This document shows, piece by piece, positions 40,701-50,200 of a stretch of DNA of 64,000 nt (its first letter is position 1; every line of letters starts with the position of its first letter). The DNA is taken from NCBI GenBank assembly GCA_965237415.1, contig CBDEFM010000001.1, positions 1-64,000 on the forward strand. The letters are read 5' to 3'. The position numbers were made by a program, and so were the translations under genes. This DNA is from Alphaproteobacteria bacterium. Its GTDB lineage: Bacteria; Pseudomonadota; Alphaproteobacteria; UBA828. The notes under the pieces were generated by a model, which saw only the letters and a list, made by a program, of their open reading frames with translations, was not told the DNA's origin and ran no database searches.

Positions 40701-42748
40701 TTCCGTTCTTCCTCACGGGCTACCGGGAAGTGATGGCGCGGGCTGCGGCGCTGGCGCAGATCGAGGACCTCCCGGAGGACATGCGCCGCCTTACCGGCAC
40801 CATGCTGGCGGAACACGAGGGGCATCTCGCGCGTGACCGCGAGGTGCGCGGCCTCGTCGAGCGCGTGCGCGACCATTGGCGGCGCTGGCCGGAGCTCGGC
40901 TGGGCGGCCTCCGCGCAGGGACTGCCCATCGAGGAGCTTGCCGAACACGATACCTGGCGCGAGGAAGGGGTGGCGCTTCTGGAGGCGGGCCGTGCCAGGC
41001 TCGGGGCGGACGGCGAGGCCGCACGCCATCTCCGTGCCATGCCGGGAGCGCGCGCCGGCCTGGAAGAGGCCATCGAGATGCTCGAGCGCACGCGGCTCCT
41101 CGACAATGCCGAACGCTTCGAACGGGCGTGGCCAGCGCTTCGCGAAGGGGCCTCGGAGATCGGCGTCCCGGAGCTGCATGCGCCCGGCCACCGGCTGGTG
41201 GCGGAGTTGGGCGAAAGGCTCGAGGCCGCCGAGGGGATCGATGCGCATGTACGGCGCGCGCTGGCGGAATGGCGGGAGGTCGAAGCGGCGCAGGTGGCGC
41301 TGGCGGAAGAGGTGCGCACCCTGCCCGGCCGCATCGCGGCGTGGCGGGAACGCCGGGCGGACCTGCCGCAGGACGAGCCCGGCGGGCTCGATCCGAAACA
41401 TCCCGCTCGCCGCGCCTGGCGCGAGGAAGGCGGTGCACTGGAGGCAGTGGCCGGGGACATGCTGCACCCCAAGAGCGTCCACGCGCCGCACCTGGCCGCC
41501 ATGCCGGGTGAGCGCAAGGCGCTGGTCGAGGCAACGAGCAGCCTCGAGAGCGCGCTGCTCGCGGTCGAGGCGCGGGAGAAGAACGTGCTGTCTGCGGTCG
41601 TGCGGCGGTCGGCGGACGAGCTCCGCCGAGACTGGAAGGCGCACCTCGCTGAGGCCGGGGCTGTCCGCGTCGATCCCTTCTACGTTCCGGGGCACGAAGA
41701 ACTCATCGACCGCCTGCAAAAGCTACGCGCCGACCCTGCCGTCGAGGAACTGCCCGAACGAGAACGCAACCAGATCGACTCCATCCTCGAACAAGACACG
41801 CGCCAGACCAAAGCCATCTTGCACGTCGACAACCATCTCGCCGAGGTCCAACGCTGCCGCAACCACCTCCAGGAGCTCCAGGATCTGGCATATACGTACA
41901 GACTCAAGCTTGAGAAGGTGCACTCCTACGACGAATGGCACGACACCGCAGAGCGCCTCTTCGCGGCGGGGAAGGCCATCACCGATGACCGGAAAACCTA
42001 CGGACCCTGCCTCGAACACCACCCCGGCGCCTGGAGCGGCGTCCACGCCGGCATCCGCGAGCTCGGCACGGCCCTGGGCCGCGCCACCACCTCCCTCCAT
42101 CACCGGCACCCCGAGCTTTACCTCGACCCCATCACCCGGCCCGTTCCCGACTCACAGCAGGCCATGGACGCCGACGCGAGCTACCGCCGCCTCCGCGACC
42201 AATGGCACACGCACGTCGCCCTGGCGGAGACCAGCCAAGCCCACCCCTACCACCTCAAGGGCCACGCCGCGCTCATCGACGCCATGCGCGAGCTACGCAA
42301 CCTGCCCGATCTCGCCACAAACGCTCAGCAGGCCCTCGATACCCTGCTCCACGACTACACCCCACTCCAACAGGTCCGACAGCACATCCACGCCTGTCTC
42401 GACAAAGCCGAGCACGCCTTGGAGGAGTACCAGCGCTTCAAGGACACCGTGCAAAAGCTTAGCCCACTGGACGTCGGCCTTGAGGACATCGAGGGCTATG
42501 GCGAATGGAAGGACCGCGCCCTGCGCCTGGCCGACGCCGGCGAGGCCATCCTCGCCGACCCGGAACGCTTCAGCATCCACCTCGACGACCACCCCGACGA
42601 CGCCAAGCGCATCCGTTCCAGCGTCGCACTCCTCAACACCGCCCTCGGGCGGGACGACGCATCCGAGCGTCGCGAACGACATCAATCCCTGTCCGAAGAC
42701 GAGAAGACCGCCGAACGCCTTTCACAACGCCGCGGCATCAAGCTCTAG
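37730..42748 (+). CDS. MobF (TrwC/TraI-like) relaxase-helicase with a long repetitive C-terminal extension
   Basis: YYERDGYY tyrosines, DITLSAPKSVS, H..SR..DPQLHTH (HUH), helicase GHAGSGKTT, VDEASM, LVGD..QL, HAYCSTVHSAQG.T. Confidence 0.95.
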   Translation: MTATVVVVRSSGKAVIYYERDGYYLKNDPEHRQASFWYGDAAKALGLRAHVRPSRFEAVLSGYVPGTDLRLGRMREGQHEHRPGWDITLSAPKSVSLEALVMGDRRVIRAHDEAVRATLDFVEAELLQTRGWDPATRRRPRVSANGMVVAGFRHLASRDQDPQLHTHCVLANMTRTASGEWRSVEPTKIRRSQKLIGAYYRNELARRLQALGMAVAPRMVGPVPGFELAGYERSFIDAFSGRRRAILEYLEQKELSYTAENTQMAALHTRRRKEDRTLADLVPEWRARAQALGLVRERMALRPPRPLDPLTGEQVRVPRVPAPDLPANEIRSQKRAPALPKLPRDGVSEGAEARLTGAGFRAPAELLLKPERGVLEAVARAVAHVAERRTAVPEAEIRAVALGHAPGRYTLAEIDAAIARLVRDGELIEVERRGMDRAFVTDRAVKAERRVLASMRAGRGKGMALANGEMVEKRLEPSRLTRGQREAVRTVLLSNDLVIGVQGHAGSGKTTMLSEVKELLGERKIQGLAPSAVAARVLAREAGIPTRTLQYFLTRFGDLSDPERLARAQAEYAGAVLAVDEASMTGSVRMEALLRVARALKVARVVLVGDTKQLKAVDAGQPFRLLQKAGMATATMKEVKRQRDPELRAAVGLAREGEPGAAIAGLGNRVREAPQEELGLEAGRRWLALAPEHRADTLILAPTHAICRQANEAVREGLAEEGLLRGRTLAVDRLVNRRLTRVQASDIRSYEPGDTVVFHRDVFGCRANDVCIVMGHDDGRVVLAHADGERRFRPSGNAAGYLGLYDTERIELRAGDLIRWTRNRKAPLARGNHPQAPDLVNGGEAEIVEIGYKRVRFRDGEREFSIALTDPQLRHLDHAYCSTVHSAQGRTARGAIAVLDAGGWVDPELFHVELSRVSEAFLLLTDDREALTDDREALIERLEAQDWSEDGALEALGIDLSEPPVVDPEEFAALAADWRALLREGEERNTVPFFLTGYREVMARAAALAQIEDLPEDMRRLTGTMLAEHEGHLARDREVRGLVERVRDHWRRWPELGWAASAQGLPIEELAEHDTWREEGVALLEAGRARLGADGEAARHLRAMPGARAGLEEAIEMLERTRLLDNAERFERAWPALREGASEIGVPELHAPGHRLVAELGERLEAAEGIDAHVRRALAEWREVEAAQVALAEEVRTLPGRIAAWRERRADLPQDEPGGLDPKHPARRAWREEGGALEAVAGDMLHPKSVHAPHLAAMPGERKALVEATSSLESALLAVEAREKNVLSAVVRRSADELRRDWKAHLAEAGAVRVDPFYVPGHEELIDRLQKLRADPAVEELPERERNQIDSILEQDTRQTKAILHVDNHLAEVQRCRNHLQELQDLAYTYRLKLEKVHSYDEWHDTAERLFAAGKAITDDRKTYGPCLEHHPGAWSGVHAGIRELGTALGRATTSLHHRHPELYLDPITRPVPDSQQAMDADASYRRLRDQWHTHVALAETSQAHPYHLKGHAALIDAMRELRNLPDLATNAQQALDTLLHDYTPLQQVRQHIHACLDKAEHALEEYQRFKDTVQKLSPLDVGLEDIEGYGEWKDRALRLADAGEAILADPERFSIHLDDHPDDAKRIRSSVALLNTALGRDDASERRERHQSLSEDEKTAERLSQRRGIKL
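40499..40544 (+). repeat. 21-bp in-frame tandem duplication in the relaxase
   Basis: CTGACCGACGACCGGGAGGCG x2 (LTDDREA-LTDDREA). Confidence 0.9.
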
Positions 42749-42856
42749 CGCTCGTCACAATTGGCATCCAGCGACACTGGATGGGCTCCCCAGTTCTCCC
42801 TGACTTCAGCGGGGTCCGTGACGACCACGGCCCACGGAACCCTTCCCATGAATCCG

Positions 42857-43604
42857 CTAGCCTTCGCTCCCCTTGGCGCCATTGGGCTGCTTGGCCGCGA
42901 AGGCCTGTCGCACGAGCTCCATCGCGTAAGCAATCTGGCGGGCGTTATCCACCTCCAGCTGGACGTCGCCGTTGCCCCAGAGCCCGAGATTGGTGATGTC
43001 GGCCGCAAGCCCGCGCGGATCGGAGATTTCGTCGAAGCGCATGTTGAGGGTGAGCAGGAGCCGGCGCTTCTGCGGCACGATGTCTGTGAAGTTGGTCTGC
43101 GTCTTGTAGGCGACGTAGTGCCTCGTGAACTCTTCGCGGACCTCCGGCGCGAGGCCGAGGATCTCCTGCCTGACCGCCTCGAAGAGGTCGTGCATCGGCG
43201 CGCCGGGACGCAGATGCGGGTGATGCTCGATGGCGTAGCGGCCGGCGCCGGCGCGCGGGGTCCTGTACGGTTCGAGGACGCGGTCGGGGAGAACCGGACG
43301 CTTCCAGATCCCGACCGCCTCGTCAGCGAGACGCGCGCCGCGGGCGCGGATGGTATCGCCGTCCCAGCGCTCCGTCTGCCGCAGGTCGGCGTTCAACCGC
43401 AGTGGGCTGTCGCGGTATCCCTTCTCGGCATCGCGCTTGTCGCGGAACGGCCTGTTGCCCATCTCCGGGTTGAAGGCGGTGAGGGTCAGGTTGCCGAGGG
43501 TATGGCGGAGGCTCTGCCAGGTCTGCGCCCAGTCGGGCCCGAGCTCGGCCTTCCATGTTTCCGGCAGGCGTTCGCCCTGCGGCATGATGTGATCGACCGT
43601 GTAA
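42857..43604 (-). pseudogene. GmrSD-like restriction protein C-terminal half (DUF1524 His-Me finger + DUF5655-like), 5'-truncated
   Basis: TVDHIMPQ..W..LG..W..HTLGNLTLT.FN.EMGNRPF..K; tail YVAYK..TNF.DIVPQ..RL...DP.G...D.T.LG.WG.GD..; no DUF262 N-domain. Confidence 0.78.
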
Positions 43605-44567
43605 GGCGGCCACGACGTGACGTTCGTCGACATCGTGGACGACCACGTCGACGCGATCGCGACGACCGGGCTTGCGATCGAGGGCCCGGTCGACCGCTTT
43701 ACCGCCACCGCGCCCGCCGTCACGCCCGACGCGCTGAGCGGCCGATACGGGCGCGCGCTTCTCTGCGTAAAGGGCCAGGACACGGACGCGGCGGTGCGCC
43801 GCCTCGCGCCATTCCTCGCCGATGACGGCTACGCCGTCTCCGTTCAGAACGGCCTCAACGAGCACACGATGGCAACGGTGCTGGGGCGCGAGCGCGTGAT
43901 CGGCTGCTTCGTCAATTTCGGAGCGGATTACATTGAACCTGGCCGTGTCCACTATGGCGGCCGCGGGGCCGTCGTGCTGGGCGAGCTCGACGGGCGGATG
44001 ACGCCGCGGCTCGACGCGCTCATCGATGTGTTCCGCGACTTCGAGAGCAACGCCCGGGCGAGCGCGAATATCTGGGGATACCTGTGGGGCAAGCTCGGCT
44101 ACGGCGCGCTGCTTTTCGCGACCGCGCTCGCCGATGATTCCATCGCCGACGCGCTGGCGCAACCGGCTCATCGCACGCTCTACCGCGCGCTCGGCGAAGA
44201 AGTCATGCGGGTCGCGCACGCCGGCGGCATTGCGCCCGAGGGCTTCAACGGCTTCGATCCTGCCGGCTTCGTCCCCGGCGCGGACGCGGCGGCTACCGAA
44301 CGTTCGATGTCGGCCATGGTGGCCCACAACCGCGGCTCGGCGAAATCGCACAGCGGGGTGTGGCGCGATCTCGCCGTCCGCAAGCGGCCGACGGAGGTTG
44401 AGCCGATGGTCGGCGCCGTCGCCCGCGAGGCCGCCCGGCACAGCATCGACACGCCTCTCCTGGCCCGGCTCACCGCCATGATCCACGAGATCGAGGAGGG
44501 ACGGCGCCCGCTCGATCGCGCCAACATCGACGCGCTCGCAGGCGAGGCGGCGCGACTGGCGGCCTGA
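43605..44567 (+). pseudogene. Ketopantoate reductase (PanE/ApbA) family, 5'-truncated
   Basis: Starts at GGHDVTFVD without the upstream GxGxxG motif; LCVK, QNG, W.KL, S..W.DL..RPTEV. Confidence 0.8.
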
Positions 44568-44571
44568 ACTG

Positions 44572-45339
44572 ATGGAAACAGCGTTCCGCGACAAGACGGC
44601 GATCGTCACCGGTGCGGGCCACGGCTTTGGCCGGGCCATTGCCCATGCCTTCGCCGTCCGGGGCGCGTGGGTCTTCGGCTGCGACATCAACGAGGACGCC
44701 CTCGCCATGACCGCGCGCGAGGCCCCGGCCGGCGACAGGCTGAGTGTGGGGCGGCTCGATGTCACGGACCGCGCCGCCGTTCGAACCTACGTCGATACGG
44801 CCCAGGCGCGAACCGGCGCCGTCGATATCCTCGTCAACAATGCCGGCGGGGTGCTCGGCCAAGTCGGGCAGCCCATCGAGGCGGTCGCCGCCGAGGACTG
44901 GCAGGCGCTCGTCGATGTCAACATGACCGCCGTTTTCACCATGGCGCAAGCGGTCGCCGCCGCGATGAAGGCGAAGGGGTCGGGCCGGGTGGTCAACATC
45001 TCGAGCGGCGCCGGGCTGCGCTACAGCCTGACCGGCATCCAGGCCTACGCTGCGGCCAAGGCCGGGCAGATCGGCCTCACCCGCCAGCTCGCGTTCGAGC
45101 TGGGACCTTACGGCATCACCGTCAACAGCATCGCCCCCGGCTTCGTTCGCTCCAACCCGGCGAGCGAGCGTCAGTGGCACGCGATGAAGGCCGAAGGTCA
45201 GGCTGCGCTGATCGAGAGCATGGCGACCCGGCGCCTCGGCTCGGTGGACGACATCGTCCATGCCGTCCTCTTCTTCGCGTCCGAGCAGTCGGGCTGGATC
45301 ACCGGCCAGACCCTCTCCGTGGACGGGGGGCGGCTGTGA
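44572..45339 (+). CDS. SDR oxidoreductase (FabG-like)
   Basis: TGAGHGFG, NNAGG, YAAAK, VDGG. Confidence 0.9.
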   Translation: METAFRDKTAIVTGAGHGFGRAIAHAFAVRGAWVFGCDINEDALAMTAREAPAGDRLSVGRLDVTDRAAVRTYVDTAQARTGAVDILVNNAGGVLGQVGQPIEAVAAEDWQALVDVNMTAVFTMAQAVAAAMKAKGSGRVVNISSGAGLRYSLTGIQAYAAAKAGQIGLTRQLAFELGPYGITVNSIAPGFVRSNPASERQWHAMKAEGQAALIESMATRRLGSVDDIVHAVLFFASEQSGWITGQTLSVDGGRL

Positions 45340-46739
45340 CACCGGCCGGCTATCTGGAGGCTCATCGCGATCGCTTCGTGGACGAGCTCCACGCCTTCGT
45401 CCGCATCCCCAGTATCAGCACCGACCCCGCCTATGCCGGGTCGATCGAGGAGGCCGCGCGCTACGTGGCGGCCCGGATGGAGAGCGCAGGCCTGGAGAAC
45501 GCGGCCCTCCTGCCGACGGAGGGCCACCCCCTGGTCTATGCCGACTGGTTGCACGCCGGCGACGCGCCGACGGTGCTGGTCTACGGCCACTACGACGTGC
45601 AGCCGGCCGATCCATTGGCGGACTGGACGAGCCCGCCCTTCGAGCCCGAGGTGCGGGACGACCGGCTCTACGGCCGCGGCGTCTCGGACGACAAGGGACC
45701 GATGTTCATCCCGGTTTGCGTGGCGGAAGCCTTCCTGCGGACCACCGAGCGCCTGCCCGTCAACCTCAAGTTCGTGATCGAAGGCGAGGAGGAGATGGGG
45801 AGCGCCCATCTCGCGGCCGGGGTACAGCGCTATCGCGACCGCCTGCAGGCCGACCTGGTTCTCTCGGCGGACGGTGCGCAGTGGCGGCCCGACCTCGTCA
45901 CCGTGAATGTCGCCAATCGCGGCATCGTATCCCTCAACCTCTCCCTGACGACAGCCGCCAAGGATCTCCATTCGGGTCGCTACGGCGGCACCGTCGCCAA
46001 CGCCGCGCATGCGCTGGGCCGCCTCGTGGCGAGCTTCCACGACGAGACGGGTCGCGTCGCCGTTGCCGGCTTCTACGACGACGTTCGCCCCCCGACCCGG
46101 TCCGAGCGCGAGGCGATGACCGCGATTCCCTTCGACGAGGCGGCGTATCTCGCCGCCGTCGGCGCGGCGTCGCCGGTCGGGGAGCCCGGCTACTCCACGC
46201 TCGAGCGCCAGTGGCTCCGACCCACTCTCGACGTCAACGGCCTCGGCTGCGGCTATCAGGGACCCGGAGTCAAGACGGTGATCCCGCACCGCGCCCAGGT
46301 CAAGATCTCGTGCCGGCTGGTGCCGGATCAGACGCCCCAGCGCATCCGCGCGTTGTTGGAGCGCCATTGCGAACGGCACGCGCCGCAAGGCATCAGGCTC
46401 GCGTTTGCCGATGATGGGATCGGCATGCCGCCGGCGAGCGTGCGCGAAGACCATCCGGCGCTCGCCGTCGTCGAGGATGTGCTGGAGGAGGTGCGCGGCG
46501 CGCGCCCGCTGCGCGTCCGTATGGGAGGGTCGATCCCCATCGGCGGCATCTTCCGCACCGAGTTGGGAATCGAGACGGTGTTCTTCTCGTTTTCGACGGG
46601 AGACGAGGACTTCCACGCACCCAACGAGTTCTTCCGCCTGTCGAGCTTTCGCGACGGGCTCTTGGCCTGGGAACGCTGCTTCGAGCGGCTCGGGCAGCAG
46701 ACCGCTGCGCATTACGCGCCGTTCCGCCACATCGGCTAG
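45336..46739 (+). CDS. M20 family dipeptidase/deacylase
   Basis: YGHYDVQP, GRGVSDDKG, EGEEE, DLHSG, GGSIP, HAPNE; GTG start overlaps the SDR stop. Confidence 0.9.
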   Translation: MTPAGYLEAHRDRFVDELHAFVRIPSISTDPAYAGSIEEAARYVAARMESAGLENAALLPTEGHPLVYADWLHAGDAPTVLVYGHYDVQPADPLADWTSPPFEPEVRDDRLYGRGVSDDKGPMFIPVCVAEAFLRTTERLPVNLKFVIEGEEEMGSAHLAAGVQRYRDRLQADLVLSADGAQWRPDLVTVNVANRGIVSLNLSLTTAAKDLHSGRYGGTVANAAHALGRLVASFHDETGRVAVAGFYDDVRPPTRSEREAMTAIPFDEAAYLAAVGAASPVGEPGYSTLERQWLRPTLDVNGLGCGYQGPGVKTVIPHRAQVKISCRLVPDQTPQRIRALLERHCERHAPQGIRLAFADDGIGMPPASVREDHPALAVVEDVLEEVRGARPLRVRMGGSIPIGGIFRTELGIETVFFSFSTGDEDFHAPNEFFRLSSFRDGLLAWERCFERLGQQTAAHYAPFRHIG

Positions 46740-47010
46740 CTCGGCCCTCATCTCGAACCGGTCTTGAACGTTTGTTCGTCGAGGTGTGGGCCCCTTGGGG
46801 CAGACATTTTTTGCGCGGCTGATTTGACCGGGGAGCGTGCCGAGGACCTGTACGACGAGACCGGGGGGCTCCTGATGCGAAGCCGCCGGCGGCCGCCGAC
46901 TGCGCCCGTCGTGTGGCACCCGCGCGGAGCGCGCGATGCATTGCGTTCGCGGCACCCTGCTGACACGCTCGCCCGGCGCAGCGGGTACGCGACAGGCCGA
47001 GGAGGCGAGT

Positions 47011-47820
47011 ATGGAAGGCTACGACGGCTACACCACGATGACTTTCGCGCGCGAGCGGCGCGTGCTCACCGTGACGTTCAACCGGCCCGCCGTCCTCAAC
47101 GCCGTGAGCGCGGCCATGCACAGCGAGATGGCGCGGCTCTTCTACGACATCGCCACCGATCATGAGACCGACATCGTCGTGCTCACCGGCGCGGGGCGCG
47201 CCTTCTGCGCCGGCAGCGACATGGACTGGCTCCAGAGCGCGGTCGACGACATCTCCGTCTTCGATCAGATCGCCGTCGAGGCGAAGCGGATCGTGTTCGG
47301 CCTCCTCGACCTGGAGAAGCCGGTCATCTGCCGGCTCAACGGCGACGCGGTCGGGCTCGGGGCCACGGTCGCGCTCTTCTGCGACATCATCATCGCTGCG
47401 GACGATGCACGGATCGGCGATCTCCACGTCAATATCGGGCTCTCGGCGGGCGATGGCGGGGCGATCATCTGGCCTCAGCTCATCGGCTACCCGCGCGCCA
47501 AGGAGTTCCTGATGACCGGCCGGCTGATCGACGGCGCCGAGGCGGCGGCGCTCGGCCTCGTGAACGAGGCGGTGCCGGCCGACGAGCTCGATGCCCGCGT
47601 CGAGCGGATGGTCGGCAAGCTGGAGCGGGGCGCGACCCAGGCGATCCGCTACACCAAGGTCTCGATCAACATCGGCCTCAAACAGCTCGCGCACGCGATG
47701 ATGGACGCCTCCATCGCCTACGAAAGCCTGACCAACGTCTCCGCCGACCATCGCGAAGGGCTCGCAGCCTTCCGCGAGCGCCGCAAGCCCGCGTTCGGCC
47801 GCGGCCGGGGGCGCTCGTGA
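47011..47820 (+). CDS. Enoyl-CoA hydratase/isomerase family protein
   Basis: LTGAGRAFCAGSD, EKPVI..LNG.AVGLG, GL.AGDGG, AF.ERRKP.F; GGAGG RBS. Confidence 0.9.
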   Translation: MEGYDGYTTMTFARERRVLTVTFNRPAVLNAVSAAMHSEMARLFYDIATDHETDIVVLTGAGRAFCAGSDMDWLQSAVDDISVFDQIAVEAKRIVFGLLDLEKPVICRLNGDAVGLGATVALFCDIIIAADDARIGDLHVNIGLSAGDGGAIIWPQLIGYPRAKEFLMTGRLIDGAEAAALGLVNEAVPADELDARVERMVGKLERGATQAIRYTKVSINIGLKQLAHAMMDASIAYESLTNVSADHREGLAAFRERRKPAFGRGRGRS

Positions 47821-49607
47821 GGCGCGCCGCGGCCGCGCGAGCCGATAGCGGAAAGCTTCCGGGGTGGGACCTCTCCGACCTCTACCCCAGCCCTGATTCG
47901 GACGAACTCCGTCGCGACCTGGACCGCGCAGCAGCGGCGGCATCCGCGCTGCAAGAAGAATTCGCGGGCTCGGTCGCCGCCCTGAGCGGCGAGGCCCTGG
48001 GCGGCCTAATCGCCCGTTACGAGGCGATCAAGGAGACCCTGGAGCGGCTCACGAGCTACGCCTACCTCGTCTACTGCACGGCGATGGACGACGCCGAGAC
48101 GGCGCAGTTCTTCCAGACCGTTCGCGAAGAGACCACCGCCACGGAAAGCCGGCTGCTCTTCCTCACGCTCGAACTCAACCGGATCGAGGACGACGCGCTC
48201 GAGGATAAGCTCAAGGCACCGGCGCTCGCCCGCTACGCGCCCTGGGTGCGGGACGTGCGGGCGTTTCGTCCCTTCCAGCTTTCCGACGAGGTGGAGCGGC
48301 TCCTGCTCGAGAAGCAGGTCGCCGGCCGCGCGGCCTGGATGCGGCTCTTCGACGAGACCATGGCGGCGCTGCGCTTCTCCGTGCGGGGCGAGGCGCTCAG
48401 CAGTGCCGAGGCGCTGAACCTGCTCTCGGACAAGGATCGCGACGTGCGCAGGGAGGCGGCGCAGGCGCTCGGTACCGTGCTCGGCGAGAACGTGCGCACC
48501 TTCGCGCTCATCACCAACACGCTCGCCAAGGACAAGGAGATCGAGGACCAGTGGCGCGGATTCGAGCGGCCGATCTCCGCGCGCAATCTGGGCAACAGGG
48601 TCGAGGACGAGGTGGTGGACGCACTGATCGCGGCCGTCGAGGCCGCGGCGCCGCGTCTTGCGCATCGCTACTACGCGCTCAAGGCGCGCTGGATGGGCGT
48701 GGACCGCCTCGACTACTGGGACCGCAACGCGCCGCTGCCCGAAGACGACGATCGGACGGTCGGCTGGGACGAGGCCATATCAACCGTGCTCGCGGCCTAC
48801 CGCGCCTTCTCACCCGAACTTGCTGGAATCGGCCAGCGCTTCTTCGAGAATGACTGGATCGACGTGCCCGTGCGCAACGGCAAATCGCCCGGCGCCTTCG
48901 CCCACCCCACGGTGCCGGGCGCCCATCCCTACCTGCTGCTCAACTATCAGGGCAAGGCGCGCGACGTGATGATTCTGGCCCACGAGCTCGGCCACGGAGT
49001 CCACCAGGTGCTCGCGGGCGGACAGGGCCTCTTGCTGGCGGAAACCCCGCTGACCCTCGCCGAGACCGCCTCGGTGTTCGGCGAGCAGCTCACCTTCCGC
49101 GCCCTGCTCGATGGCGAGAGCGAGCCTGAGCGCCGCCGGGTGATGCTGGCCGGCAAGGTCGAGGACATGCTCAACACGGTGGTGCGCCAGGTCGCCTTCT
49201 GTGCCTTCGAGCGGCGCGTGCACGAGGAGCGCCGCGCCGGCGAGCTCACGCCAGACCGCCTCTCCGAGCATTGGCTGGCGGTGCAAAGCGAGAGCCTAGG
49301 CCCGGCGCTGCGCTTCCACGACGAATACCGGTTCTACTGGGCCTACATCCCCCACTTCATCCACGCGCCCTTCTACGTCTACGCCTATGCCTTCGGCGAG
49401 TGCCTGGTGAACGCGCTCTACGCCGTCTATCGCGCCGAGCCGGCAGGCTTCGAGGAGAAATACCTGGACATGCTGCGGGCAGGCAGCAGCCTCAGGCACC
49501 GGGAGTTGTTGGCGCCGTTCGGCCTCGACGCGAGCGAGCCTGCATTCTGGTCGCGCGGCCTGGACGTAATCGCGGGCTTCGTCGACGAGCTGGAGGCGGC
49601 GCTCTAA
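47817..49607 (+). CDS. pepF: M3 family oligoendopeptidase (PepF-like)
   Basis: WDLSDLY, LAHELGHGVH (HExxH), AETASVFGE, FYVYAYAFG. Confidence 0.9.
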   Translation: MRRAAAARADSGKLPGWDLSDLYPSPDSDELRRDLDRAAAAASALQEEFAGSVAALSGEALGGLIARYEAIKETLERLTSYAYLVYCTAMDDAETAQFFQTVREETTATESRLLFLTLELNRIEDDALEDKLKAPALARYAPWVRDVRAFRPFQLSDEVERLLLEKQVAGRAAWMRLFDETMAALRFSVRGEALSSAEALNLLSDKDRDVRREAAQALGTVLGENVRTFALITNTLAKDKEIEDQWRGFERPISARNLGNRVEDEVVDALIAAVEAAAPRLAHRYYALKARWMGVDRLDYWDRNAPLPEDDDRTVGWDEAISTVLAAYRAFSPELAGIGQRFFENDWIDVPVRNGKSPGAFAHPTVPGAHPYLLLNYQGKARDVMILAHELGHGVHQVLAGGQGLLLAETPLTLAETASVFGEQLTFRALLDGESEPERRRVMLAGKVEDMLNTVVRQVAFCAFERRVHEERRAGELTPDRLSEHWLAVQSESLGPALRFHDEYRFYWAYIPHFIHAPFYVYAYAFGECLVNALYAVYRAEPAGFEEKYLDMLRAGSSLRHRELLAPFGLDASEPAFWSRGLDVIAGFVDELEAAL

Positions 49608-49615
49608 ACCGGTTT

Positions 49616-50200
49616 CTAAATCCGTTCGGAGAGCCAGATCGCGAGCCGGGTACCGCGCTTGACGGCGGCGCCGAGCGCCTCGTAGCCGGGCGCCCGCTCC
49701 GCCCCGTGGGCGAGGCCGGTCTCGCGGTGCCGGGCCTCGTCGGCGCCGAACTCCTCAAGCGTCTGGCGCAGTTCGGCCTCGTCCTCGCCGAGGCGCTGGG
49801 CCTGCGCCGCGTAGTGCTGCTCGATCACCTCTTCGACGGCGACGGTGCACGCCATCGCTGCCCGCTCGCCGAGCAGCGCGCTGGCGGCACCTAGCGCATA
49901 GCCTGCGACGTGCCACACCGGGGAGAGTGCGGTCGGCCGCACCCGGCGCTCGACCAGCAGCGCATCAAAAGCATCCAGATGAGCCTGCTCCGCCTCGGCC
50001 ATTTCGCGGATGGCGGGCGCGGCTCCGCTCCGGCCCAGCACCGCGAGCTGGCCGTCGTAGATCCGCTTGGCGCCGTACTCGCCGGCGTGATCCACGCGGA
50101 TCATGCGGGCGATCGTCTCCTCTGGCGCGGGGTCGCCGGGGAGCCGGTCCTCGCCCGTGACCGCGGGCCCCGCCTCTTCGCGCTTCTCTCGGCCGTTCAT
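49616..50200 (-). CDS. coq7: Demethoxyubiquinone hydroxylase (Coq7 diiron)
   Basis: RMIRVDHAGEYGA..IY.GQ, E..H, AMACTVAVEEVI..HY, DE..H, AIWLSERI. Confidence 0.9.
   Translation of the reverse strand: MNGREKREEAGPAVTGEDRLPGDPAPEETIARMIRVDHAGEYGAKRIYDGQLAVLGRSGAAPAIREMAEAEQAHLDAFDALLVERRVRPTALSPVWHVAGYALGAASALLGERAAMACTVAVEEVIEQHYAAQAQRLGEDEAELRQTLEEFGADEARHRETGLAHGAERAPGYEALGAAVKRGTRLAIWLSERI

Noticed and set aside
42857-43783. 308-aa ORF as an intact nuclease
   Set aside because: The first ~60 aa are the antisense of the ketopantoate reductase gene; real homology starts at ~43604.
44667-46739. 690-aa ORF as a novel fusion peptidase
   Set aside because: The N-terminal part is an alternate frame of the SDR; the M20 gene starts at GTG 45336.
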